From contig CAXXKA010000004.1 of assembly GCA_963668625.2 (NCBI GenBank), forward strand, positions 192,001 through 256,000: a DNA stretch of 64,000 nt. The letters run 5' to 3'. This document shows positions 38,985 to 49,740 of this stretch, piece by piece. The position numbers were made by a program, and so were the translations under genes. Each line of letters opens with the position of its first letter. The stretch's first letter is position 1. Below the pieces are notes generated by a model, which saw only the letters and a list, made by a program, of their open reading frames with translations, was not told the origin of the DNA and searched no databases. The DNA comes from an uncultured candidate division Zixibacteria bacterium (lineage in GTDB: Bacteria > Zixibacteria > MSB-5A5 > UBA10806 > 4484-95).

Positions 38985-40406
38985 ATGAATGAATTGACCG
39001 GATCGAAACGTGTCATCTTGTGTTTTATCGTACTTTTTCTTGCAGCATTAGGTACTCGGGCTTTCGCCTGCACCTCATTCACCCTGAAACAAAACGGCAA
39101 CCTCTATTTCGCGCACAGCCTCAATATGGGCAGTTTCGAAAGCATACCGGGAAACGTCTTTATCAATAAACGGAATGTCTGGAAGAACGGCTACAGTTGG
39201 GAGAACCTCCAGCAGACCGATCATAGGACGCCCTCCCTGGTCTGGAAATCACGCTACGGCTCGGTAACATTCAGCCCTTTCGGGCATGAGCTTCCTGATG
39301 GCGGCATTAACGAGGCGGGGTTATTTATCTATGAGATGGGATTCAATCCGACTGTCTATCCCGATGATCCGGCCAAACCAAAGCTGTTTCAGATGCAGTG
39401 GATGCAATACGTTCTCGATAACTTCGCCACGACTAATCAGGTAATCGCTAACTCCTATGAGATGTCCATCGATGGCTGGGGCTGGCATTACTTCGTTTCA
39501 GATAGCTCCGGCAATTCTGCGATCATCGATTTCATTGACGGCAAACCTGTCGTATACCATGACGATAATCTTCCCCTGCCGCTGTGCTGCAATTCCTCCT
39601 ATGATGAGGCGATGAAATTCCTGACTCAACATAAAGGTTTCGGCGGTACGTTGGAGATCGAACAAAATTTCGAGGAGATTCCCCGGTTTATCTACGGCGC
39701 TAAACTGCTATCCGAGTTTTCCGATCATAATCCCGTTGACTACGCTTTCATGATGCTTGACCGGATGAGTACCAATGTCCGCTGGTCAGTCGTTTTCGAT
39801 TTAACGAATATGACCGCGTACTTCAAGACCAATATCAACCAAAGCGTAAAAAGCTTCTCATTTTCAGAAATCGATTTCAACAATGGTCGCCTGGCTGAGA
39901 TGACGGATATCGAGCACGCGGACCCGGGAGATATTCGTAACAGCTTCATTCCCTACGATAGGCGGAGAGACAGTCAGTCGGTTCAAAATATACTGCAGTA
40001 TTTCTTCGGTGACTCCGTTGATATCGAAAAGCTCGCTAACAGCATAGTCGATAGAATTCATGTGTCCCCTGATTTCAAGGGCTGCCATATTCAAGATGAA
40101 TGGATCGGAACAATCGAATACCAAACCGCTGATGGCGCAGTCGGCGCTCATCCTTTTGAGTTGACGATTCGATACGGCAATGGTGTACTGCTTGGCACGA
40201 TTAACGACAGTATTCATTTCAACGATACACCTCTGTCGAATCTATCCTATGAAGGCGGCCTGCTCAATTTCACATCCTTTATGGCCGGTAACAGTGAGTT
40301 AGCCTATTTCAGTTTTTACACTAATGGTGAAACTATCAAGGGAGCTATGAATATATGGAACTGGGAACAGCCGGTAACCGCGACGATTGAATTACATAGA
40401 AAGTAA
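38985..40406 (+). CDS. Ntn linear amide C-N hydrolase (choloylglycine hydrolase family), exported
   Basis: Signal AFA then nucleophile CTSF; DGGINEAGL; QYVLDNFAT; HY..SD..G. Confidence 0.88.
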   Translation: MNELTGSKRVILCFIVLFLAALGTRAFACTSFTLKQNGNLYFAHSLNMGSFESIPGNVFINKRNVWKNGYSWENLQQTDHRTPSLVWKSRYGSVTFSPFGHELPDGGINEAGLFIYEMGFNPTVYPDDPAKPKLFQMQWMQYVLDNFATTNQVIANSYEMSIDGWGWHYFVSDSSGNSAIIDFIDGKPVVYHDDNLPLPLCCNSSYDEAMKFLTQHKGFGGTLEIEQNFEEIPRFIYGAKLLSEFSDHNPVDYAFMMLDRMSTNVRWSVVFDLTNMTAYFKTNINQSVKSFSFSEIDFNNGRLAEMTDIEHADPGDIRNSFIPYDRRRDSQSVQNILQYFFGDSVDIEKLANSIVDRIHVSPDFKGCHIQDEWIGTIEYQTADGAVGAHPFELTIRYGNGVLLGTINDSIHFNDTPLSNLSYEGGLLNFTSFMAGNSELAYFSFYTNGETIKGAMNIWNWEQPVTATIELHRK

Positions 40407-40470
40407 ACGACCGCAATAAACATCACGATATCACTGGTTAAATCCCGGCAAATGTGAGAACTTGCTTATC

Positions 40471-40887
40471 TTACAAAAGGCATCTTTCGAACGCCTGTTT
40501 CAGAGCGGTAATATCTTTCGTCCAGATAATTATTAGATCGGGAATATCTTTTCTGTTATGATAAATCTTTAGCCCCTGAGAAATCATTCTGTTTATATGT
40601 TCAACACCTCTTATCTCGCCTTTTTTAAAAACAATAGTATTACGCGGATAAGCGACCACCGCGAATCCCTCATACACGGCAACGCGTACGAATGGAATAG
40701 TCCAGTTGATAGCATTAAACCGTCCCCCGGCTTTCTCCTGATACACCGGCCATTGCCCAATCTCCTCCGGGGCCAGTCGTTCGCAGTCTCGACGGGTCTT
40801 ACGCAAAAAGATAATAAATACTATCGGGATAAGTGTTAGTAATACAATCGATATTATTAGACCGACCATACCTGGAGTTCCTCTCAT
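40471..40887 (-). CDS. Hypothetical membrane-anchored protein
   Basis: Real coding part starts at M 40887/40869; the upstream ORF extension is repeat-derived. Confidence 0.65.
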   Translation of the reverse strand: MRGTPGMVGLIISIVLLTLIPIVFIIFLRKTRRDCERLAPEEIGQWPVYQEKAGGRFNAINWTIPFVRVAVYEGFAVVAYPRNTIVFKKGEIRGVEHINRMISQGLKIYHNRKDIPDLIIIWTKDITALKQAFERCLL

Positions 40888-40945
40888 GTTTATTCTTAAT
40901 CTAATATATAATAATCTGATAATATATATAAATAAAAATGACAAA

Positions 40946-41230
40946 TAGCTCCTGAGGAGCCAAAGGCGATAGGGATGCCCGCAAATCTTCCGCATTCCCC
41001 GCCCCATGTCGGGAGCTGGCGTAGCCATCCCTACAGGACACGGCTCTCCGACCTGCGCCACCGCCCTGTGCTCGCGGGCTGTACTACTGCAAAGAGGCCT
41101 CAGGATGTCGTTCCTTCCATCCTGAGGCATGTGTGAATTTTCTATCCAGCTACAGTAGCTCAGGAGCTGTAGCTCCTGAGGAGCCAAAGGCGATAGGGAT
41201 GCCCGCAAATCTTCCGCATTCCCCGCCCCA
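40946..41230 (+). repeat. About 200-bp composite repeat plus a tandem partial copy
   Basis: Near-identical to 46222-46425 and 51357-51556. Confidence 0.9.
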
Positions 41231-41301
41231 CAAAAAAAGCGCCAGGATGTCATCTCTTCCATCCTGGCGCGCGTAATGAGCAAGCTGCAATTTTCTGATC
41301 G

Positions 41302-44300
41302 TTATTTGATCAACACCATCTTCTTAGTAATCGTATTATCATTCTGAGAGAGCTTGTAGAAATAGATCCCCGAACTCACCTTATCGCCCGAAGCGTTCGT
41401 GCTGTTCCAGATAACGTTGTGGGTTCCGGCAACCAGTTCCTCATCAACAAGCGAGGTTACTTTCCGGCCGAGGATATCGTAAATATCCAGGCTGACATGC
41501 CCCGACCTCGGCAAGTTAAACATTATCTCGGTAGTCGGATTGAAAGGATTCGGGTAATTTTGGTTTAAGCTGAACACCAGAGGCAACGCCGATTCGTTAT
41601 CGTCATCGATATCAACCGTACCGACTCCCAGACTACAAGCAACAGTATGTGTCCTCTGATAGGGATCGTTAGTGGTGAAATAAATCTCGCCGAAATAATT
41701 TCCATCGGGAAGATCGGTGGCATCGAAAGTGATACCAAGGTTTTGCGAGCCATCCGGGGGGATAGTTCCTGACTGGGGATCTACACTCAGCCAGAATAAC
41801 GGGTATATGAACTCGATTGCGAAATCATCCGGCAGGCCACCAAATAAATCCCTGGGATACCCGAGCCCGACAAATCCATCGGATGATTGAATTCCTATGA
41901 CAGAAATTAATTCACCGAGCGTTACATTGTCGTACTGCATCACTATTGAATTATCATCACCATCGAGAATTACCTGGAAATTGTAATGACCTTGAGGTTC
42001 CATCTCCTCCTTCCAGTTTACCCACGATATGATAAATCGGTTTTCATCAGAATCATGAAAATAAAAGCAGGTTCCATCCGCATTACTCTGCCTCCCCCAC
42101 ATAGCGGCGATAAAATCAGTATTCTCATCTCCATAGACTGGAATACTCAAGGGGTCTGGCATGAACATCGTGCAGGTATCGAAAACCACGCAGCCGCTGA
42201 TAGTGATTGTAACGGCGGTTTTCTCCTCACCGTAATACATGAAAGGCATACCCATCGAAATCGTATCGGAACAGCCCTCCATATCGATGCCGTTAAATGA
42301 TACGGCGGTACCGACATCCGTGATATCGATCCAGTCGTAATCCGGTCCGCCGGGTTCATCCGAATCGTACAGGAAATATCCAAAGCTATCCGGGCCGCTA
42401 GTGGAGGAGATTACATCAAGATCAGTATCCCCCTCTTCCTGAGGTTCATTTGCCGCCAAGATATTTTGCCTTGCGGGATACGTTATGACTCTGGTATCGT
42501 ATTCGAGATCTCCAAGCCCCTCGTTTAAAAGTGGTATAGATTCCATCCGACTATCACCACTTTGTACATCCACATCAACGAAGGTTTGAGAAAACTCCGC
42601 GTCGGGGGCAACAATAGAGGCGCCATCGAACACGAAACCATCGATATACCAGCCATACCAATTTTCCAACTCGCCGCCCGCGCTTCCGAAATGGAATCTG
42701 AGTTGTACGTCTTCATTCACATAGCCATCCAACTCGAACTCTACGAATTGCCAGACAAAAGATTCGCCGCTGAATCCGGGCTCGCCATCAAGAGCCTCAA
42801 GGCTTGAATAGGGATAGCCTCCCACCGGAGTTAATAAATCCCAGGAATCGCCTTCATCGGTTGAAATCTGGAGATTACCGCCATCCCTGCCGGTATAAAT
42901 ATCGAGCCAGTGGTAGAATGATATTGTGGCATTGTTATCGGTAACATGATAAAAAGCGGTGTACAGGGACTGCTCACAACCGTTATCACCACACCAGGGA
43001 TCATAACCGGCAGTTCCGGTACACCAAACTTTCAAGCCATGATAGGGAAGTTGTCGATGGGAAGTTGCCAGTTTCCACAGAGATCCCTCAGGGGCGGTGA
43101 AACCACCATCGGCACGCTCGAACGAATCAAACCACCTTAGCGTTATATCTAACCTGGCGGTATCGGCGGCTGTTACGGCAACAGTATCAAGGAAATAATC
43201 GTGATTGGGACTGAAAGTGTTAATCGTGTACGTTGCGCCGGCAGCGATATTTTCGAATATGTAGTAGCCGTCGCTATCGGTAGAAACGATATCAAGCGGA
43301 GTATCTTCAGCGATAACAGAAATACCCTCAACCGGATTACCGTCCTGATCGGTAGCATAACCGTGCAGAACACCGCTCGCCGCGATCTCGAGTTCGAAAT
43401 TCGCGGTGGTTGTATCCCACGCACTCGTCTCTATGCCTGTTCGAGTAGAGACATAATAACCATAATAACTGGCTGTCAGGGTAAATGAGGAATCGGCTAT
43501 CAGTCGTAATCTGTAATAACCGTTAGCATCGGTAAAAACCTGTTTAGTCGTGCCATCAGCCACTACTAAAGCGCCGGCAACCGGATTATCCGTGGCATCG
43601 TCATAAACGTAGCCATCGATATAACCTATACCCGATGAGGCTAATAAACACGCCTGATAAACATCCAGACAACCCTGGCCATAGCTGTTATCGGGTCCGA
43701 TATCGCCCAGATCAATCGCGCATGCCAGCAGGACTTCTTTAACCTGATCGACATCCAGGTTGGGGCTTGCCTGACGGATTAACGCGACTGCTCCGGCCAC
43801 ATGCGGCGTCGCCATTGAGGTTCCGGACATATAGCCATAACTGTTATTTGGCATAGAGCTTCTAACAATCAACCCCGGGGCTGATATTTCAGGTTTAATA
43901 GCCAGCGCGCTGTCACCAGTACAAAGGCTTGGTCCTCTCGAGCTAAACTCGGCTATCTCCAAATACTCGTTATTGCCGTTAACCGCTCCCACGGAAAAAC
44001 AGTTAAGCGCTGTCGTGGTCCTATCCGCCGGCGATCTCATACTGCTGGGATTCCCCTCGTTTCCAGCGGCAAAAAGTGCTACAGTACCGGCTGCCTCCAG
44101 ATTATCTATATATGTCCAGAACGACTCATCACACGGATAGATCCCCATGAAGTATGGGATCAATCCCCAAGAATTATTCACGACATCGGGATTATCCTGT
44201 GTCTCGGAGTTATTATCGGGATCGACCAACCACTGGAAAGACTCGATGATATCCGATATTGTCGCGTTAGTATTATAAGGATCACGATCAACAGCAGTCG

Positions 44301-45087
44301 AGGCTATCCATTTGGCATCGATAGCAACACCGATAGTATCGCCGGCTTCCGTACGCCCGCAAATCGTTCCCATCGTATGAGTGCCGTGAGAATACGCATC
44401 CCGAGGGAACTCCCAGTTGGTTTCATCGAAAGGATCGAGCCAGCTCTCATCGTAGTCGCCGTCCTCATCGGTATCCCCCAGAAAACGGTCTGCCAGCGCC
44501 GGATGATTGCCATCAACGCCGGTATCGACATTGGACACGACCCTGCCCGCTCCGGTAAACCCGGCAGCCCAGGCTGCGGGAGCGTTAATAGCTTCGAGCC
44601 CGGGTTCTATCGAGGCTGTCAGTGGAATATCCTCCGATGGTACATCCACCGGTTGTATATTCTCTATCTCATACGATAAAGTGATTTCACCGATATCATT
44701 ATTCTCGGTCATTGCGTATACACCATTCGGCGTCGCCGTCACGATTGCCATATTGGCCAGCCACATAAGTTTATAATCCGTAATATACCCCTGAGATTTC
44801 AGTTGCTCGAAATAAACCGAGGCTTCATCTTTTGTTTTGGATGCCGTCTCTTTCAGAGCTGTCACAACCCGCTTGTTACGTTCTGCTAAAGTCGCTCTCT
44901 CAGTTTTTAACTGCTCATCCAGACTACGGATATCGGCTTGTTCGGAAAACATCACAAGCACCTCGACATCCGAATCACTCGCTGAAGTTTGAAGTTGTTT
45001 CTCAAGTGATAGACTGATCTCGCCTGCCAGGCAGGGACAGGTCATCAGGATGGCTAATAATAAGCCCGAGCACATAATTTTAAGCAT
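41302..45087 (-). CDS. Multidomain S8 subtilisin-like serine protease (bacillopeptidase F-like) with NYPNPFN C-terminal domain
   Basis: DTG, HGTHTMG, AAGNEG, GTSMATPH; carboxypeptidase-regulatory-like repeats; NYPNPFNPTT..SGIYFYKL..KMVLIK. Confidence 0.93.
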   Translation of the reverse strand: MLKIMCSGLLLAILMTCPCLAGEISLSLEKQLQTSASDSDVEVLVMFSEQADIRSLDEQLKTERATLAERNKRVVTALKETASKTKDEASVYFEQLKSQGYITDYKLMWLANMAIVTATPNGVYAMTENNDIGEITLSYEIENIQPVDVPSEDIPLTASIEPGLEAINAPAAWAAGFTGAGRVVSNVDTGVDGNHPALADRFLGDTDEDGDYDESWLDPFDETNWEFPRDAYSHGTHTMGTICGRTEAGDTIGVAIDAKWIASTAVDRDPYNTNATISDIIESFQWLVDPDNNSETQDNPDVVNNSWGLIPYFMGIYPCDESFWTYIDNLEAAGTVALFAAGNEGNPSSMRSPADRTTTALNCFSVGAVNGNNEYLEIAEFSSRGPSLCTGDSALAIKPEISAPGLIVRSSMPNNSYGYMSGTSMATPHVAGAVALIRQASPNLDVDQVKEVLLACAIDLGDIGPDNSYGQGCLDVYQACLLASSGIGYIDGYVYDDATDNPVAGALVVADGTTKQVFTDANGYYRLRLIADSSFTLTASYYGYYVSTRTGIETSAWDTTTANFELEIAASGVLHGYATDQDGNPVEGISVIAEDTPLDIVSTDSDGYYIFENIAAGATYTINTFSPNHDYFLDTVAVTAADTARLDITLRWFDSFERADGGFTAPEGSLWKLATSHRQLPYHGLKVWCTGTAGYDPWCGDNGCEQSLYTAFYHVTDNNATISFYHWLDIYTGRDGGNLQISTDEGDSWDLLTPVGGYPYSSLEALDGEPGFSGESFVWQFVEFELDGYVNEDVQLRFHFGSAGGELENWYGWYIDGFVFDGASIVAPDAEFSQTFVDVDVQSGDSRMESIPLLNEGLGDLEYDTRVITYPARQNILAANEPQEEGDTDLDVISSTSGPDSFGYFLYDSDEPGGPDYDWIDITDVGTAVSFNGIDMEGCSDTISMGMPFMYYGEEKTAVTITISGCVVFDTCTMFMPDPLSIPVYGDENTDFIAAMWGRQSNADGTCFYFHDSDENRFIISWVNWKEEMEPQGHYNFQVILDGDDNSIVMQYDNVTLGELISVIGIQSSDGFVGLGYPRDLFGGLPDDFAIEFIYPLFWLSVDPQSGTIPPDGSQNLGITFDATDLPDGNYFGEIYFTTNDPYQRTHTVACSLGVGTVDIDDDNESALPLVFSLNQNYPNPFNPTTEIMFNLPRSGHVSLDIYDILGRKVTSLVDEELVAGTHNVIWNSTNASGDKVSSGIYFYKLSQNDNTITKKMVLIK

Positions 45088-45166
45088 AAACTCCTCACTT
45101 TAAAATTACGCTTAGGTTAGTATATAAAAACACATTGTTGGTCGGACTGACAGGTAAATAATCCTG

Positions 45167-46078
45167 TCACTTTTTCTTCCCTTTCCTTTCTTTTATAATT
45201 TTATCAAGTTCCTCTTTATCTTTAGCCTTTTGCCATATTGTCTCGTAAAGGATTTTAAAACTTTTTGCCAATCGCGTATGTCGAATTACCTGGAAAGTTG
45301 TAGAGGACTGAAGCGAAACCGGATCCTCGAGTTGGAATAATACCGTCTCCTCATCGACGACCGTCATCTGAACGGGTATCTCATCGATAACCCGCACATG
45401 CTCACCCAATCTCGTTACCGCATCAAGATAGTCTTTCAACCATTCTATATGTTCGATCTTTTTGGGGATTTCATATATCGATGACCAGTAAGCGTTCTTA
45501 TTTTGTGGATGATGTTCGGTTTCCGTTTCCAATTGCTCTTTTATCATATCGGTTGATACTTTATCTGGCGCGGGGCAAAATGCCAATAATTCGCTTTTCA
45601 CCGAGGAGCAAAGCTCAATGATTTTCTTCCTGAATTGATCGCGGTCCTTTATTATCTCGATATAATCGATATCCTGCTCATTGCCCCGGCTGTCCTCATA
45701 AATCGGCGAAAGCCTATCGACTATGGTGTTCATATTTTCTATTCTATTATTCAACTGCTGCTTTTCTTTTTCGATCTCCAAATCGAATTTGGCTTTCTTG
45801 GAATCGATTTTATCCATCCTCAACTTGATAAGCGTTTCTTTAAGACGGGATGGATTTGCGGCCGAATAAAGCTTGGTCTTGCCGGATACTACCTCGCACA
45901 AACCTTTTAACTCGAGCGACCTGAGACAGTCATAGACACGACTTCGTGGTACTCCCGATAAATCCGCGACATCACTGGCTTTAAGGCTTCTCTTATTGAG
46001 CAGCGACAGATATATCATTGCCTCATACTTGGTTAAGCCAAACCAGTCCAGATGCTTGATTACTGATTCATCCTGCAT
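45167..46078 (-). CDS. TrmB-family transcriptional regulator
   Basis: GLTKYEA.IY..LL, SGVPRSRVYD.L.SLE.KGL; C-terminal PLD-like effector domain. Confidence 0.9.
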   Translation of the reverse strand: MQDESVIKHLDWFGLTKYEAMIYLSLLNKRSLKASDVADLSGVPRSRVYDCLRSLELKGLCEVVSGKTKLYSAANPSRLKETLIKLRMDKIDSKKAKFDLEIEKEKQQLNNRIENMNTIVDRLSPIYEDSRGNEQDIDYIEIIKDRDQFRKKIIELCSSVKSELLAFCPAPDKVSTDMIKEQLETETEHHPQNKNAYWSSIYEIPKKIEHIEWLKDYLDAVTRLGEHVRVIDEIPVQMTVVDEETVLFQLEDPVSLQSSTTFQVIRHTRLAKSFKILYETIWQKAKDKEELDKIIKERKGKKK

Positions 46079-46124
46079 GATTAATGCCCTTTTATTCTGT
46101 TAACAAAAACCTTCCGTGATGTGT

Positions 46125-46183
46125 CACTACTATATTATATAATAGTAGTGCCTTATAATAATACTTTTCGGTATATGTGTCAA
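46125..46183 (-). promoter_or_regulatory. trmB promoter with palindromic operator
   Basis: TTGACA-N17-TATTAT (46183-46155); CACTACTAT-N8-ATAGTAGTG at 46125-46150. Confidence 0.7.
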
Positions 46184-46221
46184 GGATATTATTGTATTAA
46201 TCTGATTTTTGAGATTATATA

Positions 46222-46425
46222 GTAGCTCAGGAGCTGTAGCTCCTGAGGAGCCGAAGGCGATAAGGGTGCCCACAAATCTACCGCATTCCCCGCCCCATGT
46301 CGGGAGCTGGCGTAGCCATCCCTACGGGACACGGCTCGCTGACCTACGCCACCGCCCTGTGCTCGCCGGGCTGTACTACTGCAAAGAGGCCTCAGGATGT
46401 CGTTCCTTCCATCCTGAGGCATGTG
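46222..46425 (+). repeat. Full-length composite repeat
   Basis: GTAG palindrome, central GC block, CAGGATG..CATCCTG palindrome. Confidence 0.9.
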
Positions 46426-46510
46426 ATATGTTATGTTTTCTTCTTATATCTATTATCGGTCCGACAATTGTTAAAGCGGGAAACTCTGCTATTTATTTTT
46501 TAATACCTTT

Positions 46511-47776
46511 CACTAGTGTCCGGGCTTTGAGGCTGGCTTGACAGACCTCCTATAATAAGGGTGTAAACGCTAATTATAACACCTTTGTTTACAGGAGGTT
46601 AAAAATGCAAGGGAAGGTTACAATACTTCGCCAGATAACGCAAATGATTTCTCGATACGATTTCCAAAAAGCAGTTTCGACTGGCAAAGGGCGGCATTTC
46701 ACGGTTTCTTTCGGCTACTGGTCGCACCTGGTGGCGATGATATTCGGGCAATTATCGGAGCAGCAATCGCTGCGTGATCTGGTCTTGAATCTTTCCCGTC
46801 AGGCGCATAGGTTTTACCATCTGGGTATGTCAAAGATACGCCGTTCGACTTTTTCGGATGCCAACAATCATCGGCCCTCGGCAATATACGAGAACTTGTT
46901 TTACATATTATTGAATCGTTACGGTTGTCATTTTCAAGGCAAAAACCGGAAGCTGGGGAATAAATTATACTCAGTTGATTCGACGGTCATAGATTTGTGT
47001 CTGGGGTTATTTTATTGGGCTAAATTCAGAACGACCAAGGCCGGTGTCAAGCTTCATGTCAGGTTAAACCATGATGGTTACATCCCTGATTTTGCGGTTG
47101 TCACCAATGCCAATATTCATGATTCCAGAGTCAGGAAGATGTTCAATTTACCGGCTGGCAGTATCGTGACTTTCGACAAAGGCTACAATGACTACAGTCT
47201 TTTCAAGTTATTAAATGATAAGGGGATAATCTTTGTCACGCGGCAGAAGAATAACGCTAAATACAAAGTAATCAAACGGTGTAGAACTAATCGTAAGCAA
47301 GGAGTCACCTCCGATCATTGGATTGAATTTACCGGTTTTTACTCCAAGCAAAAATGTTCGATTAGGCTGAGACGAATCCGTTATATCGATAAAGAAACCG
47401 GTAAAGTTTATGTATTCCTGACCAATGATTTCAAACATGCCGCCTCGACTATTGCCGACATTTATAAGCAGCGCTGGCAGATAGAATTGTTTTTTAAAGC
47501 GTTAAAACAGAACCTTGTGATCAAGACTTTCTGGGGTACCTCCAAGAACGCAGTATATTCCCAGATCTGGGTGGCTTTGATAATCTATTTGTTAATGAGC
47601 GCGCTGAAATACAAATACAAAATATCGGCCTCAGTTGGAAAGTTAATTCAGAGAATCCGGTCATTCGTGTTTGAAAAAGATGATGTCCTGAGATTCCTTA
47701 AAGACCAAATACCAATCCCAATACAAATCGCTCAAACATCTCAAATTAACCTGTCCCTAAAGGCCGGACACTAGTG
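46511..47776 (+). mobile_element. IS4-family insertion sequence
   Basis: TIRs CACTAGTGTCCGG / CCGGACACTAGTG; 9-bp TSD AATACCTTT at 46502-46510 and 47777-47785. Confidence 0.95.
46605..47774 (+). CDS. IS4-family DDE transposase
   Basis: VDST, FDKGY, YKQRWQIELFFK (YREK motif). Confidence 0.95.
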   Translation: MQGKVTILRQITQMISRYDFQKAVSTGKGRHFTVSFGYWSHLVAMIFGQLSEQQSLRDLVLNLSRQAHRFYHLGMSKIRRSTFSDANNHRPSAIYENLFYILLNRYGCHFQGKNRKLGNKLYSVDSTVIDLCLGLFYWAKFRTTKAGVKLHVRLNHDGYIPDFAVVTNANIHDSRVRKMFNLPAGSIVTFDKGYNDYSLFKLLNDKGIIFVTRQKNNAKYKVIKRCRTNRKQGVTSDHWIEFTGFYSKQKCSIRLRRIRYIDKETGKVYVFLTNDFKHAASTIADIYKQRWQIELFFKALKQNLVIKTFWGTSKNAVYSQIWVALIIYLLMSALKYKYKISASVGKLIQRIRSFVFEKDDVLRFLKDQIPIPIQIAQTSQINLSLKAGH

Positions 47777-48678
47777 AATACCTTTATTAGTTTTCTTATT
47801 TCTTCTTTTTGTTCAGTATCATTAGTATCATAATGCTTACTATAATTTCTAAATCCCTTAGACAACTGGAACAATTCTTCAACGTCATAGTACTCGGATA
47901 AATCAAAAGTAATATTTGCTAAATCGATTGATTTCATTCTAAATGATCGTTCCAGACTTATTATAAGCTTATCTTTTAACTCCTGCTCATATATTTTGCT
48001 AAAATTTAAAGACAGTATTTCTTTTGTAAACCAATCTGTTGAGTCAGTAAAGAGAACATTCATTAATCTATTTTTTTGATCTGTGTTGAGCAATTCACTA
48101 AAATGTGGATCATCATAAGAATCGACTCGGATCATCCCCTCATCGTATTTAAACAAATCATATAGCCCATCCCATTGAGTTGCCGAAAATTCCACGCATT
48201 GCACCAAACATTCAGTTATATTAGTATCATAATTTGAATCGTTGTTGATGTTAGTCGCAAGAAACATATTTATAAGTTCATTATATTTTTTATGACTCTG
48301 GCCACGGACTACTCTGGTTCCATATCCAAACCCTATTGTATTGTAAGAATTCCCTTTATCGTTTTTATTTAAAAATGCAATAACATCAAAGCCCTCCGGA
48401 TATATTGGCGGTAATGGGAAGTTTCTGCTTTTTCTAAAATGCACTTTAATTATTGAGCTATTCATGTTTCCTTTAATTACTTTATTTATTTTAAGAATTG
48501 CCTGATATCTATCACTTTTAAATAGCAAATGCCGCTTCGACACTTTTTCAACCTCGGCAATAGCTATATACTCGCTATCAATACACAATTTCCTCAACGG
48601 ATAAGGCTTTGACATATAACCGGCCTGCGTAATGGCTGATATACAGCTTATTAATAGAAGTACAGATAATTTTCTCAT
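47746..48678 (-). CDS. Secreted hypothetical protein, last codons replaced by IS4
   Basis: Signal peptide from M 48678; original end KVLKNK* continues to TAG 46489-46491 across the IS. Confidence 0.75.
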   Translation of the reverse strand: MRKLSVLLLISCISAITQAGYMSKPYPLRKLCIDSEYIAIAEVEKVSKRHLLFKSDRYQAILKINKVIKGNMNSSIIKVHFRKSRNFPLPPIYPEGFDVIAFLNKNDKGNSYNTIGFGYGTRVVRGQSHKKYNELINMFLATNINNDSNYDTNITECLVQCVEFSATQWDGLYDLFKYDEGMIRVDSYDDPHFSELLNTDQKNRLMNVLFTDSTDWFTKEILSLNFSKIYEQELKDKLIISLERSFRMKSIDLANITFDLSEYYDVEELFQLSKGFRNYSKHYDTNDTEQKEEIRKLIKVFTSVRPLGTG

Positions 48679-48876
48679 AACATGCCTATCCTTATAAATA
48701 ATACAATGATAAATTATAATTATTCCAATATTCTTTTGTACTATCAGTATAACAAGTAGCTCAGGAGCGGTAGCTCCTGAGGAGCCGAAGGCGATAGGGA
48801 TGCCGCGAATCAGCCGCATTACCCCCCCGCAACGAGAACCTGATTTTAAGCTGATATACCTTAAGCCCGAGCTTTA

Positions 48877-49602
48877 CTATTCATCCCCGCCCAACCGCTG
48901 CGCTATCTTCAACCACGCCTCAGACTCGAACAGCCCCAGCGGCGCATCCTCCTCCATCTCGAGGAAAGTCTTGAGTGGTACCGTGAACGTCAAAATATCA
49001 GGCGGCAGGATCTTACGCGAGGTCAAATCGAGGTTGCCGATAATCGCGCGCGGGTACTCCTTATTGATCTCGTTATACGGCAGCACGCAAACCGATTGAC
49101 ATCCAGAGCCAAACGGCGCGGTCACATGGTCATTGCCTTTGCGACGGTAATTCACCAGCATCGCCAGGGGCGCAATCTGGTCGGCGTTAACCGGAAACGA
49201 AACCAGCACTGGCTTTTCCTTAGCGGCGTCGATTTGATCGAGCGGCTTGAATATTACGTACTTGTACGGGATATCGGCATAAGGGAGATTATCCATGAAA
49301 TCATCAGCCAGTGCATGGCTTTTGAAATATCCCTCACGGTCGGCTAGAAGCTTCCTCATGAAATCCTCACTGCCTTTGAAGGTATTCCCGAAACACAGCC
49401 CGACACCACCTCCGATACAGCCGTAGGTATCGCGATCGAACGCCGAGGTCTTCCCCAGCTTCATCACGACATTGTAGAGGGCCATGACGCAGCCCCATTT
49501 ATGCTCGCGAAACTGCATGGCCTCATCGGGTTTATCATCGGTAAAAAGGATTGCTACCGGATTATATTTCATTTTCAGTTCTTTAGCGATTACGCTTTGC
49601 AT
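48877..49602 (-). CDS. DUF169-family protein
   Basis: PVAI...D.KP, GC.GG.VGL.FG, PFGSGCQS, IGNLD...R. Confidence 0.8.
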   Translation of the reverse strand: MQSVIAKELKMKYNPVAILFTDDKPDEAMQFREHKWGCVMALYNVVMKLGKTSAFDRDTYGCIGGGVGLCFGNTFKGSEDFMRKLLADREGYFKSHALADDFMDNLPYADIPYKYVIFKPLDQIDAAKEKPVLVSFPVNADQIAPLAMLVNYRRKGNDHVTAPFGSGCQSVCVLPYNEINKEYPRAIIGNLDLTSRKILPPDILTFTVPLKTFLEMEEDAPLGLFESEAWLKIAQRLGGDE

Positions 49603-49740
49603 GAGATATAATAACAGCTTTTTAATATTGATGTCAAGCATGGAGTTGCAGACCGAGTCGAGTAGCTCAGTACGCAGGACCAAATGCGGGAGCTGCGGGC
49701 ACGTAGCTCAGGAACCGTAGCTCCTGCCAATAGGGATGCG

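Noticed and set aside
40888-41283. N-terminal 130 aa of the 270-aa ORF
   Set aside because: Read-through of repeat sequence
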